A stretch of DNA of 64,000 bases, taken from the NCBI RefSeq assembly GCF_013122565.1, contig NZ_CP053258.1; one strand, 5' to 3'. The position numbers and the translations under genes were made by a program. Of the stretch, positions 1 through 10,256 are shown piece by piece. The notes beneath the pieces are model-generated. The model saw nothing but the letters and a program-made list of their open reading frames with translations, searched no databases and was not told the origin of the DNA. How positions within the stretch are numbered: the stretch's first letter is position 1; each line of letters begins with the position of its first letter. Source of the DNA: Escherichia coli (GTDB lineage Bacteria; Pseudomonadota; Gammaproteobacteria; Enterobacterales; Enterobacteriaceae).

Positions 1-1345
1 CGCAAGCGACGTTTAACCCGTGCGCACGAAAATCCAGGTATTCCCGCGCCTGCTGCGCGTAATTCAACAGTTTATGCGCGGCAGATCGCAGAGCACACAA
101 CGAGGCGTTAGCGTAAGCGGCATGAAGCAACGCCTGAATTGGCTTGGCGAACAGCGAATCTTCCCACAACTGATCGGCAGCATGATGAATATGTTCGAGG
201 TCCGCCAGATCGGCATGACGCCAGCGCCTGCCGAGCGCGGCATGGGCAAAATCTTCCACCCAGCGTTGTTGCTCTGGCGGTGGTAACTTACCGTTGTTGG
301 CTAACTCATGGCGCGCCCGATTCGCCAGGTAGCCCCACATCGACGACACCGGAAATATCTGCTGTGGCGTAATACAGCCTTTCATCAGCGTCCCGGAAAT
401 CAGTGCCCGCACCTGGTCGGCGTCGTCACTGTTACGATCCTGTTGATCGAACTTATTGACCAGCACATACAGCGGCACCGATTGCCCCACCGCCAAAATC
501 GCCTCACGGACCTCTTCATCGGAGATCGATTTCAGTTGCGTATAATCCAGCACCGCCAGTACCGCCGAGGCGCGTGCCAGCTGCTGGTTAAGCATTTTTT
601 GCAGATGCGGTTGCCCGGCTTCATTTGGCCCGGGGGTATCCAGTAACGTCAATTGACCGGGATAACTCTCCAGCCCCGCCAGATGGACAAACTCCACTTC
701 AATCACGGGAATATGCTCAATGGCGGCGTAAGCAGAAAAAGGAAAATCGACGTCCAGCGCCTTCGCCAGTCGCACCAAATCATTCAAACTTTTCAGACAA
801 TGAAAAATAGGCTGGGCACCCAGATAATATTTTTCGAAAGCGACGCCATTTTCGATCCGCTGCATAAGCGCACGCATATCTTTATCTATTTCCAGCACAT
901 CGGTCAGATGCTTAATATCGCAATCACGCAGACGCTGTTGTAATTTTTGAATTAAACAATCGATTGGCGCGACATGTGAAAAATGCAGTACCGGTTCCTT
1001 TTGCCCGGGCGTATGGCGAATAAGCGTCGGCAGCGCAGTCATTGGGCGATTGCGATTAGGCAGAACCTCCGTACCAACAATGGCATTAATGGTGGTTGAT
1101 TTCCCTGCTTTCATGGTACCGACAATTGCCAGCACCATTTCCAGTCGGGAAATTTTACGCAACTCATTATTCAGCATCGCGTGACGCTCGGCGATATTAG
1201 GCTGACTCCAGGGTAAAGCCAGTTGTGGCGCATCGTCTCCGGGTACAGAGAGAGGCATTTTTTCCAGTAACTGCAACTGTTGGCGAGAAAGCTGTAACAG
1301 CCGTTCAGCCTCCTGACTTAACTCATACAGGGTCTGTGTGTACAT
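1..1345 (-). CDS. crfC: Dynamin-like GTPase CrfC/YjdA, N-terminal part; the gene runs off the window start
   Basis: Minus-strand translation from ATG at 1343-1345 (RBS AAGGAAG upstream) gives a P-loop GTMKAGKSTTINAIVG; position next to phnA matches E. coli synteny. Not in the ORF track because it is open at the window edge. Confidence 0.7.
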   Translation of the reverse strand, partial: MYTQTLYELSQEAERLLQLSRQQLQLLEKMPLSVPGDDAPQLALPWSQPNIAERHAMLNNELRKISRLEMVLAIVGTMKAGKSTTINAIVGTEVLPNRNRPMTALPTLIRHTPGQKEPVLHFSHVAPIDCLIQKLQQRLRDCDIKHLTDVLEIDKDMRALMQRIENGVAFEKYYLGAQPIFHCLKSLNDLVRLAKALDVDFPFSAYAAIEHIPVIEVEFVHLAGLESYPGQLTLLDTPGPNEAGQPHLQKMLNQQLARASAVLAVLDYTQLKSISDEEVREAILAVGQSVPLYVLVNKFDQQDRNSDDADQVRALISGTLMKGCITPQQIFPVSSMWGYLANRARHELANNGKLPPPEQQRWVEDFAHAALGRRWRHADLADLEHIHHAADQLWEDSLFAKPIQALLHAAYANASLCALRSAAHKLLNYAQQAREYLDFRAHGLNVAC

Positions 1346-1650
1346 AGAAAATTCTTCCTTAAAGCAAATTTTGTTACTTTTATTTAGCCAGATTGTTTTT
1401 GAGTTCTGTTTTCGGCTTTTATAATTACTGCAAGAAATAATTTTATATTTAGCGTATTGTTTTTTATTAGAATAAATAACGTCTTCCGATACGTTTAAAA
1501 CGTCAGAAAGATAAAAATATCACGTGAATTAAAAAAAGAACAAGTAGAGCATTAACCTTATCTTAAATAATAAATAGAGGCAAAAAGATTATTTTCTTTT
1601 TGCGTTTTCTTTCAAATGAAAACGATCGTCGTCTAAAATCAGCAGTACCC

Positions 1651-1680
1651 CCGACAAACTCAGGGATTTTGTGTATAATT
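1651..1680 (+). promoter_or_regulatory. Candidate sigma70 promoter for phnA with extended -10 (TGTGTATAAT)
   Basis: TGn-TATAAT at 1671-1680 with a weak -35-like CGACAA about 17 bp upstream, in an AT-rich leader about 70 bp before the phnA ATG. Confidence 0.35.
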
Positions 1681-1746
1681 GCGGCCTTTTTCGGCAATCT
1701 GCCGTTTTTTGGCGCTTTTGCCCTGCTGACTTTTGAGGAAATCCAC

Positions 1747-2082
1747 ATGTCATTACCACACTGCCCAAAATGCAACTCCGAATACACCTACGAAGATAAC
1801 GGCATGTACATCTGCCCGGAATGTGCCTACGAATGGAACGACGCAGAACCTGCACAGGAAAGCGACAAGCTGATCGTTAAAGATGCTAACGGCAATCTGC
1901 TGGCTGACGGCGACAGCGTTACCATCATTAAAGATCTGAAGGTGAAGGGTAGCTCTTCGATGCTGAAAATTGGCACCAAAGTGAAAAACATCCGCCTGGT
2001 TGAAGGCGACCATAACATCGATTGCAAAATCGACGGTTTTGGTCCGATGAAACTAAAATCTGAGTTTGTGAAAAAGAACTGA
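1747..2082 (+). CDS. phnA: PhnA, zinc-ribbon protein (111 aa)
   Basis: [30 protein letters not shown] zinc-ribbon N-terminus; ATG checked at 1747. The track ORF 1600-2082 is an upstream extension. Confidence 0.85.
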   Translation: MSLPHCPKCNSEYTYEDNGMYICPECAYEWNDAEPAQESDKLIVKDANGNLLADGDSVTIIKDLKVKGSSSMLKIGTKVKNIRLVEGDHNIDCKIDGFGPMKLKSEFVKKN

Positions 2083-2094
2083 TTGTATTGTGAT

Positions 2095-2285
<191 letters not shown>

Positions 2286-2347
2286 AATCTCAACTGTTCA
2301 AATTTCGAACTACACTTAACTGGCTTCTCTTAACTGAGGTCATCATC

Positions 2348-2782
2348 ATGCCGTTAAGTCCCTACCTCTCTTTTGCCGGTAACTGTTCCGACGCGATTGC
2401 CTATTATCAACGTACGTTGGGCGCGGAACTGCTCTATAAAATCAGCTTCGGCGAAATGCCAAAATCAGCGCAGGACAGCGCCGAGAACTGCCCTTCCGGA
2501 ATGCAATTTCCCGATACCGCCATCGCTCATGCCAACGTGCGCATTGCCGGAAGCGACATCATGATGAGCGATGCTATACCGTCAGGAAAAGCTAGCTACT
2601 CCGGCTTTACGCTGGTGCTCGATTCGCAACAGGTCGAAGAAGGAAAACGCTGGTTTGATAACCTTGCCGCTAACGGAAAAATCGAAATGGCCTGGCAGGA
2701 AACTTTCTGGGCGCATGGCTTCGGCAAAGTCACCGATAAATTTGGCGTACCGTGGATGATTAATGTCGTTAAACAACAATAA
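2348..2782 (+). CDS. phnB: PhnB, glyoxalase/VOC-fold protein
   Basis: 144 aa from ATG at 2348 (MPLSPYLSFAGNCSDAIAYYQ...); the track ORF is an upstream extension. Confidence 0.8.
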   Translation: MPLSPYLSFAGNCSDAIAYYQRTLGAELLYKISFGEMPKSAQDSAENCPSGMQFPDTAIAHANVRIAGSDIMMSDAIPSGKASYSGFTLVLDSQQVEEGKRWFDNLAANGKIEMAWQETFWAHGFGKVTDKFGVPWMINVVKQQ

Positions 2783-2832
2783 TAGCTACCTGCTGCGCCC
2801 ACTGGCGTTAATTCCCAAAAAGGAGAAATACC

Positions 2833-3267
2833 ATGCCTGCTTGTGAGCTTCGACCGGCCACGCAGTACGACACCGACGCGGTTTACGCACTGATTTGTGA
2901 GCTAAAACAGGCGGAGTTTGACCACCACGCGTTTCGCGTGGGCTTTAACGCCAACCTGCGCGACCCAAACATGCGCTACCATCTGGCGCTGCTGGATGGC
3001 GAAGTTGTCGGCATGATCGGCCTGCATTTGCAGTTTCATCTGCATCATGTCAACTGGATCGGCGAAATTCAGGAACTGGTGGTGATGCCGCAGGCACGCG
3101 GTTTGAACGTTGGTAGCAAGTTGCTGGCGTGGGCGGAAGAGGAAGCCCGTCAGGCCGGGGCCGAAATGACCGAGCTTTCTACCAACGTGAAGCGCCACGA
3201 CGCGCACCGTTTTTATCTGCGCGAAGGCTATGAGCAGAGCCATTTCCGTTTCACTAAGGCGCTGTAA
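2833..3267 (+). CDS. phnO: GNAT-family N-acetyltransferase, PhnO-like (144 aa)
   Basis: 144 aa with a GNAT acetyl-CoA binding motif ([19 protein letters not shown]); sequence recalled as PhnO-like. Strong RBS AAAGGAGAA upstream. Confidence 0.55.
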
Positions 3268-3279
3268 GATGAGCCTACC

Positions 3280-3609
3280 TCATCGCCCATACTCATCTTC
3301 CATTCTCCGCTCTTCATCTTCTAGCTGCCGACGCTCCTGATCAAGCTGGCGCTGGCGATCGTCCAGTTGCCTGCGGCGATCTTCAAACTGGCGGCGGCGA
3401 TCGTCATATTGTCTGCGACGATCGTCGCTCACTTCACGCTGCCAGCTGTCGTCGCGCGAATCTTCATAGTCTCGCCCACGGTCAGGGTTATAAGCGTCGT
3501 TAATCGCCTGCTGAATATTGCCAATGGTGTCGTCGATAATATCGGCCTGGGCCGGAACGGTGGACAGCGTGAGCAGGGTGAAAAGAAAGAGCGTGGAGTG
3601 GTGTTTCAT
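3280..3609 (-). CDS. yjdP: Secreted low-complexity protein YjdP-like (109 aa)
   Basis: Signal peptide MKHHSTLFLFTLLTLSTVPAQA followed by charged DDRRRQ/EDRRRQ repeats. Confidence 0.7.
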   Translation of the reverse strand: MKHHSTLFLFTLLTLSTVPAQADIIDDTIGNIQQAINDAYNPDRGRDYEDSRDDSWQREVSDDRRRQYDDRRRQFEDRRRQLDDRQRQLDQERRQLEDEERRMEDEYGR

Positions 3610-3677
3610 AAACTCAGCCTCGCAACAAAGTTAATACAAGGTAGGCAAAGGTACCTGTCGCGAGTAGCGGAGGATTC

Positions 3678-5939
3678 TCAATTCTCTTGCCCCAGAACCT
3701 GCGCCAGCTGCGCGCGGGTAAAAGGTTTGCGCAACAGCGCTACGTCTGGCAGCGCGGGGTTATGGCTGGGGCGTAAATCCTGGCCGCTGATGAGTAGCAG
3801 CGTCAGATGCGGGTAAAGTTCGCGGGCCGCATTGACCACTTCTGCGCCGCTCATGCCGCCTGGGAGCATTAAATCGCTGATAAAAATATCGATTTCCGCT
3901 GATGCCGCCAGCAGGTCCAGCGCCTGTTCGCCGCTGCTCGCTTCCAGCGTCAAATAGCCCAGCAGGTGTAACTGCTCGCAGATGGTCTGGCGCACCGCGG
4001 CTTCATCTTCCAGCACGAGCACCAGTTTATCGCCGCTGACGGCTGTCTGTTCTACCGCCGCTGGCGATAGGTTTTTCGCCGCCGTCAGCGCGCGGGGAAG
4101 CTGTAATCTGACCGTTGTCCCCTGCCCCGGCGCGCTTTCAATTTCTACACGCCCACCGGACTGGCGCACAAAACCATAGACCATCGACAAGCCCAGCCCG
4201 CTGCCACTCCCCGTCTGTTTGGTGGTAAAGAACGGCTCAAAGACCTGGCTTTTCACCGCCTGCGACATACCGCTGCCATGATCGATGACCTCCAGCGCCA
4301 CCATGTCCTGACGCTGCCCACTGCTGCGGGTAACGCGCTGATTCCAGGTACGAATTTTGATAATTCCCGTCAGCCCTTCCATCGCATCGCGGGCGTTCAT
4401 CACCAGATTGATGATGGCATTTTCCAGCTGGCTGACATCAATCCACGCGGGCCATGCCGGAGACTGCGCTTCAATCTCAATCGTCAGCGTCGCCGGTAAG
4501 GAGTGGCGCATTAATTCGCTTAACTCTTCCAGCAGTGTTTTTAGCTCAACGGCTTGCGGATGTAAGGACTGCTTGCGGGAAAACGCCAGTAGTCGCTGGG
4601 TCAGTAGCGCGCCACGTTCGGCAGCTTGCTGCGCCCGCTGTATTCGCGGCGCGTCGGGTGAGTCCGTGTTCACCAGTTCCAGGCTGCCAATAATTACCGC
4701 CAACAGATTATTAAAATCATGGGCCAGCCCACCCGTCAATTGCCCAACCGCTTTCAGTTTCTGGCTGTGTAATAGCGCCTCTTCCAGCCCCTGCCTCTCG
4801 GTTTGGGCAATCTCCATCTGCGTGGTTTTCTCTTTCAACAGCCTTGACGTTCGTTCGAGTGACGCGGTATTGCGGGCAAAAACGTTAAAGGCGCGCGCCA
4901 GTTCACCCAACTCATCGCGCCGCTGTAACGCCGGAAAAGTGACGTCCGCTTCGCCGTGCGCCAGGCGGCTCATAGCGCGGGAAATCGCCGTCAGGTTAGA
5001 GCCGAGATTGCGATAGATATACCAACCTGCAAATGCGGTGATCACCACCGCTAACAGAGCGAAAATCATGATCACCCTCTCGCCGGAGCGCAAATCCTGG
5101 TAACTTTGCGCCACCCGCTGACCGGAGAGCATCGCCACCTGTTCGGCGTAACGGTTGATGTCGCCATTAAGGATCGCCACCAGCGCTTTGATGTGAAACA
5201 TATACCAGCTGATTGCCAGATCGCTTTGCTCCAGAGCGGCAGAAAGCGGCGCGAGTTTACGCAGTTCATCATTGAAATCATTGAGTAGCGTATTAACCAA
5301 TGGCGTATCGCTGTGGGTCGGCAACGCAGACATTACCCCGACCAGTTGATGAATAATCGCCTGCGGCGCGGGGGTGGCAATAGCGGCAACAATCAGTCGG
5401 TTCATCTCGTTAAGCAAAATATCATCTTGCGCATTAGTGACTTTTTGCAGATGCCGCAGATAACTTAAGTTTTGATACAGCGAACTTAACAGCGCGTTGC
5501 GCTCCAGATGTCGCCTTTGCCCGCGCTCCAACATTCCGCCGACGCTGGTTTGCAGTTCGTTGCTACGCGTGATGATGCGCGCCACCAGCCCGGCCTCCTG
5601 CTGCGCTAACGGCGCGTTCGCCAGTTGTGCAAGCGAGCTTTTTAATGCCCGCTGTGTCTCCTGCAATCGCTCGGCTTCGCCTTTATATTCCAGCGCTCCC
5701 ACCACTTGTGACAATCGCACCGCCGCCGTCGCCACATTTGCCGTGTCGCGCGCCAGATTCAGGCTGCCGGTCATATCATCCACCGTTTGCTGCTGTACCA
5801 GCTCCTGCATCTGGCTGGCATGACGAAAGCCCATTACCGCCACGCCGCTGACCATCAGCGTCACCGCTACCACCAGCAAATTCAAAAGCAGCAATCGCCC
5901 GCGCGCGCTGGCAAAAAAGTGACGTCCGGGGTGCGCCAT
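3678..5939 (-). CDS. Hybrid sensor histidine kinase (periplasmic sensor domain, HisKA, HATPase, C-terminal receiver; no Hpt)
   Basis: ATG at 5937-5939 (MAHPGRHFF...); two TM segments flank a roughly 290 aa periplasmic domain; H-box GGLAHDFNNLLAVIIGSLEL; G-boxes; C-terminal REC (LVLVLEDEAAVR...DLMLPGG). Confidence 0.8.
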   Translation of the reverse strand: MAHPGRHFFASARGRLLLLNLLVVAVTLMVSGVAVMGFRHASQMQELVQQQTVDDMTGSLNLARDTANVATAAVRLSQVVGALEYKGEAERLQETQRALKSSLAQLANAPLAQQEAGLVARIITRSNELQTSVGGMLERGQRRHLERNALLSSLYQNLSYLRHLQKVTNAQDDILLNEMNRLIVAAIATPAPQAIIHQLVGVMSALPTHSDTPLVNTLLNDFNDELRKLAPLSAALEQSDLAISWYMFHIKALVAILNGDINRYAEQVAMLSGQRVAQSYQDLRSGERVIMIFALLAVVITAFAGWYIYRNLGSNLTAISRAMSRLAHGEADVTFPALQRRDELGELARAFNVFARNTASLERTSRLLKEKTTQMEIAQTERQGLEEALLHSQKLKAVGQLTGGLAHDFNNLLAVIIGSLELVNTDSPDAPRIQRAQQAAERGALLTQRLLAFSRKQSLHPQAVELKTLLEELSELMRHSLPATLTIEIEAQSPAWPAWIDVSQLENAIINLVMNARDAMEGLTGIIKIRTWNQRVTRSSGQRQDMVALEVIDHGSGMSQAVKSQVFEPFFTTKQTGSGSGLGLSMVYGFVRQSGGRVEIESAPGQGTTVRLQLPRALTAAKNLSPAAVEQTAVSGDKLVLVLEDEAAVRQTICEQLHLLGYLTLEASSGEQALDLLAASAEIDIFISDLMLPGGMSGAEVVNAARELYPHLTLLLISGQDLRPSHNPALPDVALLRKPFTRAQLAQVLGQEN

Positions 5940-6052
5940 ATCACGCTCCGTGAAGAAAAATCGCAATATGACAAATATGAACGGCTTCTGACATTTTGCA
6001 TTTACTTTCCTGTGATGGAGTGCTGATATCGACAACCTCGCAGGAGTCCACC

Positions 6053-7573
6053 ATGAACAGCACGCCGGTTCTGGAGATGCGCAATATTGCCAAAGCTTTT
6101 GGCAAATTTTATGCGCTCAAAGGGGTGGATTTGACGGTCTACCCAGGAGAGATCCACGCCCTGATGGGGGAAAACGGCGCCGGAAAAAGCACGCTGATGA
6201 AGGTGCTGGCGGGGGCGTATACCGCCACCAGCGGCGAGATCCTGATAGACGGCAAGCCCTTTCACATTCGCACGCCGAAAGATGCCTTAAGCGCCGGTAT
6301 TACCCTGATTTATCAGGAGATGCAGCTGGCACCCAATTTGACGGTGGCAGAAAATATTTTTCTCGGCAGCGAGCTTTCCCACGGCGGGCTGGTGCAGCGT
6401 AAAGAGATGCTGGTGCAGGCGCAAAAAGTGATCGACCGCCTCGGCGCGCAGTTTAACGCCAGCGATAAGGTCATGACGCTGACCATTGCCGAGCAACAAC
6501 AGGTCGAAATCGCCCGGGCGCTGCATCGCAACAGCCGCATTCTGGTGATGGACGAACCCACCGCAGCCCTCTCCTCGCGTGAAACTCACCGCCTGTTTGA
6601 ATTAATCATGCGGCTGCGCGATGAAGGGATGGCGATTATCTACATTAGCCACCGCATGGCGGAAGTGTATGAGCTTTCCGATCGCGTCAGCGTGCTGCGC
6701 GACGGGCAATACGTTGGCAGCCTGACCCGCGACAACCTCAACGCCGGGGAGCTGGTGCGGATGATGGTCGGCAGGCCACTGAGCGATCTGTTCAATAAAG
6801 AGCGCGATATCCCGCTCGGTAAAGCCCGCCTGAACGTTCACCACCTGACCGACGGCGGCAAAGTCCAGCCGAGTAGCCTGCTGGTGCGTTCCGGCGAAAT
6901 TGTTGGCCTCGCCGGACTGGTGGGTGCCGGACGTTCCGAACTGGCGCAGTTGATCTTCGGCGTGCGCAAAGCGACAGGCGGAATGATTGAAGTCGATGGC
7001 GAACCGGTGGTGATCCACTCCCCGCGCGAAGCCATCGATCTTGGCATTGGCTTTCTCACCGAAAACCGCAAAGAACAAGGCTTATTCCTTGAAATGGCGG
7101 CAGCCGAAAACATCACCATGGCAACCCTGGAGCGCGACGCCCGCTGGGGAATGCTCAATCGCAAAAAAGCGCAAACCATTTCCGATGACGCCATTAAGTT
7201 GCTCAACATTCGCGTGCCTCATGCCCAGGTGCGCGCGGGCGGGCTTTCCGGCGGCAATCAGCAAAAACTGTTGATCTCCCGCTGGGTGGCGATTGGCCCG
7301 CGCATTTTACTGCTCGATGAACCCACCCGCGGCGTGGACGTTGGCGCAAAAAGCGAGATCTACCGGATCATGAACGAGATGGCACGCAAGGGCGTGGCGA
7401 TCCTGATGATCTCCAGCGAACTGCCGGAGATAGTGGGAATGAGCGATCGCGTCTATGTGATGCGTGAAGGCAGCATTGCCGGTGAGTTAAACGGCAAAAA
7501 CATCACCCAGGAAAACATTATGACCTTAGCGACCGGAGTTAACGACGCCCATTCCCAGGCGGTGACCTCATGA
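6053..7573 (+). CDS. Sugar ABC transporter ATP-binding protein (two fused ABC domains, RbsA/AlsA-like)
   Basis: Walker [10 protein letters not shown], signature LSGGNQQK, second ABC domain; ATG at 6053 with RBS CAGGAG. Confidence 0.85.
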   Translation: MNSTPVLEMRNIAKAFGKFYALKGVDLTVYPGEIHALMGENGAGKSTLMKVLAGAYTATSGEILIDGKPFHIRTPKDALSAGITLIYQEMQLAPNLTVAENIFLGSELSHGGLVQRKEMLVQAQKVIDRLGAQFNASDKVMTLTIAEQQQVEIARALHRNSRILVMDEPTAALSSRETHRLFELIMRLRDEGMAIIYISHRMAEVYELSDRVSVLRDGQYVGSLTRDNLNAGELVRMMVGRPLSDLFNKERDIPLGKARLNVHHLTDGGKVQPSSLLVRSGEIVGLAGLVGAGRSELAQLIFGVRKATGGMIEVDGEPVVIHSPREAIDLGIGFLTENRKEQGLFLEMAAAENITMATLERDARWGMLNRKKAQTISDDAIKLLNIRVPHAQVRAGGLSGGNQQKLLISRWVAIGPRILLLDEPTRGVDVGAKSEIYRIMNEMARKGVAILMISSELPEIVGMSDRVYVMREGSIAGELNGKNITQENIMTLATGVNDAHSQAVTS

Positions 7574-8544
7574 CGACCTCTGCAAAAACCTCTGCCAAAA
7601 AAATGCTGATGAGCGATCTGATGCAAACGGTCGGCATCTTGCCCATTTTGATTCTGATCGTGGCGGTATTTGGCTTTATCGCGCCAAACTTTTTTAACGA
7701 AAGCAACCTGCTAAATATTACCCGCCAGGCGTCGATCAACATTGTGCTGGCGGCGGGAATGACCTTCATCATTTTGACTGGCGGGATCGATCTTTCTGTA
7801 GGTTCAATTCTCGGCACCACGGCGGTGGCGGCGATGGTCGTCTCCCTTAGCCCTGAGTTCGCCATGCTGTCGATCCCGGCGGCGCTGATGCTCGGTCTGC
7901 TGCTGGGGCTGTTCAACGGCGCGCTGGTGGCCTTTGCCGGATTGCCGCCGTTTATCGTCACGCTTGGCACCTATACGGCGCTGCGCGGGGCGGCGTATCT
8001 GCTGGCGGACGGCACCACGGTTATCAACTCCAACATTAATTTCGAGTGGATAGGCAATAACTATCTCGGGCCGGTCCCGTGGCTGGTGGTGATTGCGCTG
8101 GCGGTGATCGTGGTGTGCTGGTTTATTCTGCGCCGCACCACGCTTGGTGTTCATATCTACGCCGTCGGCGGCAATATGCAGGCGGCGCGTCTTACCGGCA
8201 TTAAGGTCTGGCTGGTGCTGCTGTTTGTTTATGGCATGAGCGGCCTGCTTTCAGGGCTTGGCGGGATTATGAGCGCCTCGCGGCTGTACAGCGCCAACGG
8301 CAACTTAGGCATGGGTTACGAACTGGACGCCATTGCGGCGGTGATCCTCGGCGGCACCAGTTTTGTCGGCGGCATCGGCACCATCACCGGCACGCTGGTC
8401 GGGGCGCTAATTATCGCCACGCTCAACAATGGCATGACCTTAATGGGCGTCTCTTACTTCTGGCAACTGGTGATCAAAGGGGCGGTGATCATCATTGCGG
8501 TGCTGATCGACAAATACCGTACCCGACACCATCAAAGTGCATAA
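7570..8544 (+). CDS. Sugar ABC transporter permease (RbsC-like)
   Basis: Polytopic membrane protein; ATGA start overlap with the upstream ATPase gene. Confidence 0.8.
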   Translation: MTTSAKTSAKKMLMSDLMQTVGILPILILIVAVFGFIAPNFFNESNLLNITRQASINIVLAAGMTFIILTGGIDLSVGSILGTTAVAAMVVSLSPEFAMLSIPAALMLGLLLGLFNGALVAFAGLPPFIVTLGTYTALRGAAYLLADGTTVINSNINFEWIGNNYLGPVPWLVVIALAVIVVCWFILRRTTLGVHIYAVGGNMQAARLTGIKVWLVLLFVYGMSGLLSGLGGIMSASRLYSANGNLGMGYELDAIAAVILGGTSFVGGIGTITGTLVGALIIATLNNGMTLMGVSYFWQLVIKGAVIIIAVLIDKYRTRHHQSA

Positions 8545-8562
8545 ACACATGAGGAATACAGC

Positions 8563-9504
8563 ATGAGATTGAAGCCCTTAGTGACCGCGCTCTGTGCAGG
8601 CGCGCTGCTGGCCGCAGCACCGTTCGCCCAAGCGAAAGAACTGAAATCGATAGGCGTAACGGTGGGCGATCTGGCGAACCCGTTCTTCGTGCAGATCACC
8701 AAAGGCGCGGAGCTGGAAGCACGCAAACTGGCAGGCGATAACGTCAAAGTGACGCTGGTTTCCAGCGGCTACGATCTGGGCCAGCAGGTGTCGCAGATAG
8801 ACAACTTTATCGCCGCTAACGTCGATATGATTATCCTCAACGCTGCCGATTCAAAAGGGATCGGCCCGGCGGTGAAACGGGCGAAAGATGCCGGGATCGT
8901 GGTCGTCGCGGTTGACGTGGCGGCAGAAGGTGCCGATGCCACTATCACTTCCGATAACACCCAGGCAGGCGAAATGGCCTGTAAATACATCACCGATCGC
9001 CTGAAAGGCAAAGGCAATGTGGTGATCATCAACGGCCCGCCGGTGTCCGCCGTGCAAAACCGCGTTGAAGGATGCCAGACTGAATTTAAACGCCATCCTG
9101 ACATCAAGGTACTCTCTGACAACCAGAACGCGAAAGGCAGTCGTGAAGGCGGGCTGGAGGTAATGACCGGACTGCTGGCGGCAAATCCGAAGATCGACGG
9201 TGTATTTGCGATTAACGATCCGACAGCGATCGGTGCCGATCTGGCAGCAAAACAGGCGCAACGTAACGAGTTCTTTATTGTCGGCGTAGACGGAAGCCCG
9301 GACGCCGAAGAGGCGCTAAAACGTGAGAACTCGTTGTTTGTCGCCACTCCAGCACAAGATCCCCAGGTGATGGCAGCAAAAGCGGTTGAGATCGGTTATG
9401 ACATTTTGCAGGGCAAACCCGCGCCGAAAGAGCCGGTGCTGATCCCGGTGACGATGATCGATAAAAACAACGTCGGCAATTACAAAGGCTGGACGGTGAA
9501 ATAA
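8563..9504 (+). CDS. Periplasmic sugar-binding protein (RbsB/LacI-type periplasmic binding fold)
   Basis: Signal peptide MRLKPLVTALCAGALLAAAPFAQA; PBP type I features. Confidence 0.8.
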   Translation: MRLKPLVTALCAGALLAAAPFAQAKELKSIGVTVGDLANPFFVQITKGAELEARKLAGDNVKVTLVSSGYDLGQQVSQIDNFIAANVDMIILNAADSKGIGPAVKRAKDAGIVVVAVDVAAEGADATITSDNTQAGEMACKYITDRLKGKGNVVIINGPPVSAVQNRVEGCQTEFKRHPDIKVLSDNQNAKGSREGGLEVMTGLLAANPKIDGVFAINDPTAIGADLAAKQAQRNEFFIVGVDGSPDAEEALKRENSLFVATPAQDPQVMAAKAVEIGYDILQGKPAPKEPVLIPVTMIDKNNVGNYKGWTVK

Positions 9505-9558
9505 GCCCACACGCCGGGCGGCGCAGCTGCCCGGTCACCGCTAAGGAGAACGCTTTCG

Positions 9559-10242
9559 ATGAAACGCTCCGCTATAAACGACATTCTCGGCCATACACGG
9601 CAATTCTTTTCGCAACATGACGTACATCTGCCGCCCTTTGCCAGTTTCTCGCCTGCTCAATGGCAGCAGCTCGACACCGCCGCGTGGGAGGAGGTTTTTG
9701 ATCTCAAACTCGGCTGGGATGTTACCGCTTTTGGTGGCAACAACTTTGCAGCACAGGGGCTGACGCTGTTTACCCTACGTAACGGCTCAGCAAAAGGAAT
9801 GCCGTATGTGAAATGTTACGCCGAGAAGATCATGCATGTGCGCGATGCGCAGGTCACGCCAATGCATTTTCACTGGCGTAAGCGTGAGGACATTATCAAT
9901 CGCGGCGGCGGTAATTTAATTGTTGAACTGTGGAATACCGATAGTAACGAGCAAACGGCTGATAGTGACGTTACGGTGGTGATAGACGGCTGCCGCCAGA
10001 AACATACTGCAGGCACTCAGTTGCGCCTGTCTCCCGGCGAAAGTATCTGCCTGCCGCCCGGCCTGTATCACAGCTTTTGGGCGGAAACCGGTTTTGGCGA
10101 TGTACTGGTTGGCGAAGTCTCTTCTGTCAATGACGACGACCACGATAACCACTTTTTACAGCCACTGGACCGCTACAACCTGATTGACGAAGACGAACCT
10201 GCACAGTTGGTGTTGTGTAACGAATACCGCCAGTTCCGCTGA
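9559..10242 (+). CDS. Cupin-fold sugar isomerase, D-lyxose/D-mannose isomerase-like (227 aa)
   Basis: 227 aa with His-rich cupin motif (HFHWRKRED); resembles the D-lyxose isomerase described from pathogenic E. coli (recalled, not searched). Confidence 0.55.
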   Translation: MKRSAINDILGHTRQFFSQHDVHLPPFASFSPAQWQQLDTAAWEEVFDLKLGWDVTAFGGNNFAAQGLTLFTLRNGSAKGMPYVKCYAEKIMHVRDAQVTPMHFHWRKREDIINRGGGNLIVELWNTDSNEQTADSDVTVVIDGCRQKHTAGTQLRLSPGESICLPPGLYHSFWAETGFGDVLVGEVSSVNDDDHDNHFLQPLDRYNLIDEDEPAQLVLCNEYRQFR

Positions 10243-10256
10243 ATAAGGAGAACGTT

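Noticed and set aside
20-943. Several plus-strand ORFs (61-112 aa) at the window start
   Set aside because: They lie antisense to the crfC coding sequence, which shows a clear P-loop GTPase motif on the minus strand.
1600-1746. Upstream extension of phnA (track ORF begins at 1600)
   Set aside because: The conserved PhnA N-terminus starts at the ATG at 1747; the extension runs through the AT-rich promoter region.
4357-5016. 219-aa plus-strand ORF inside the sensor kinase gene
   Set aside because: Antisense to the kinase, Ser/Ala/Arg-rich, no start context.
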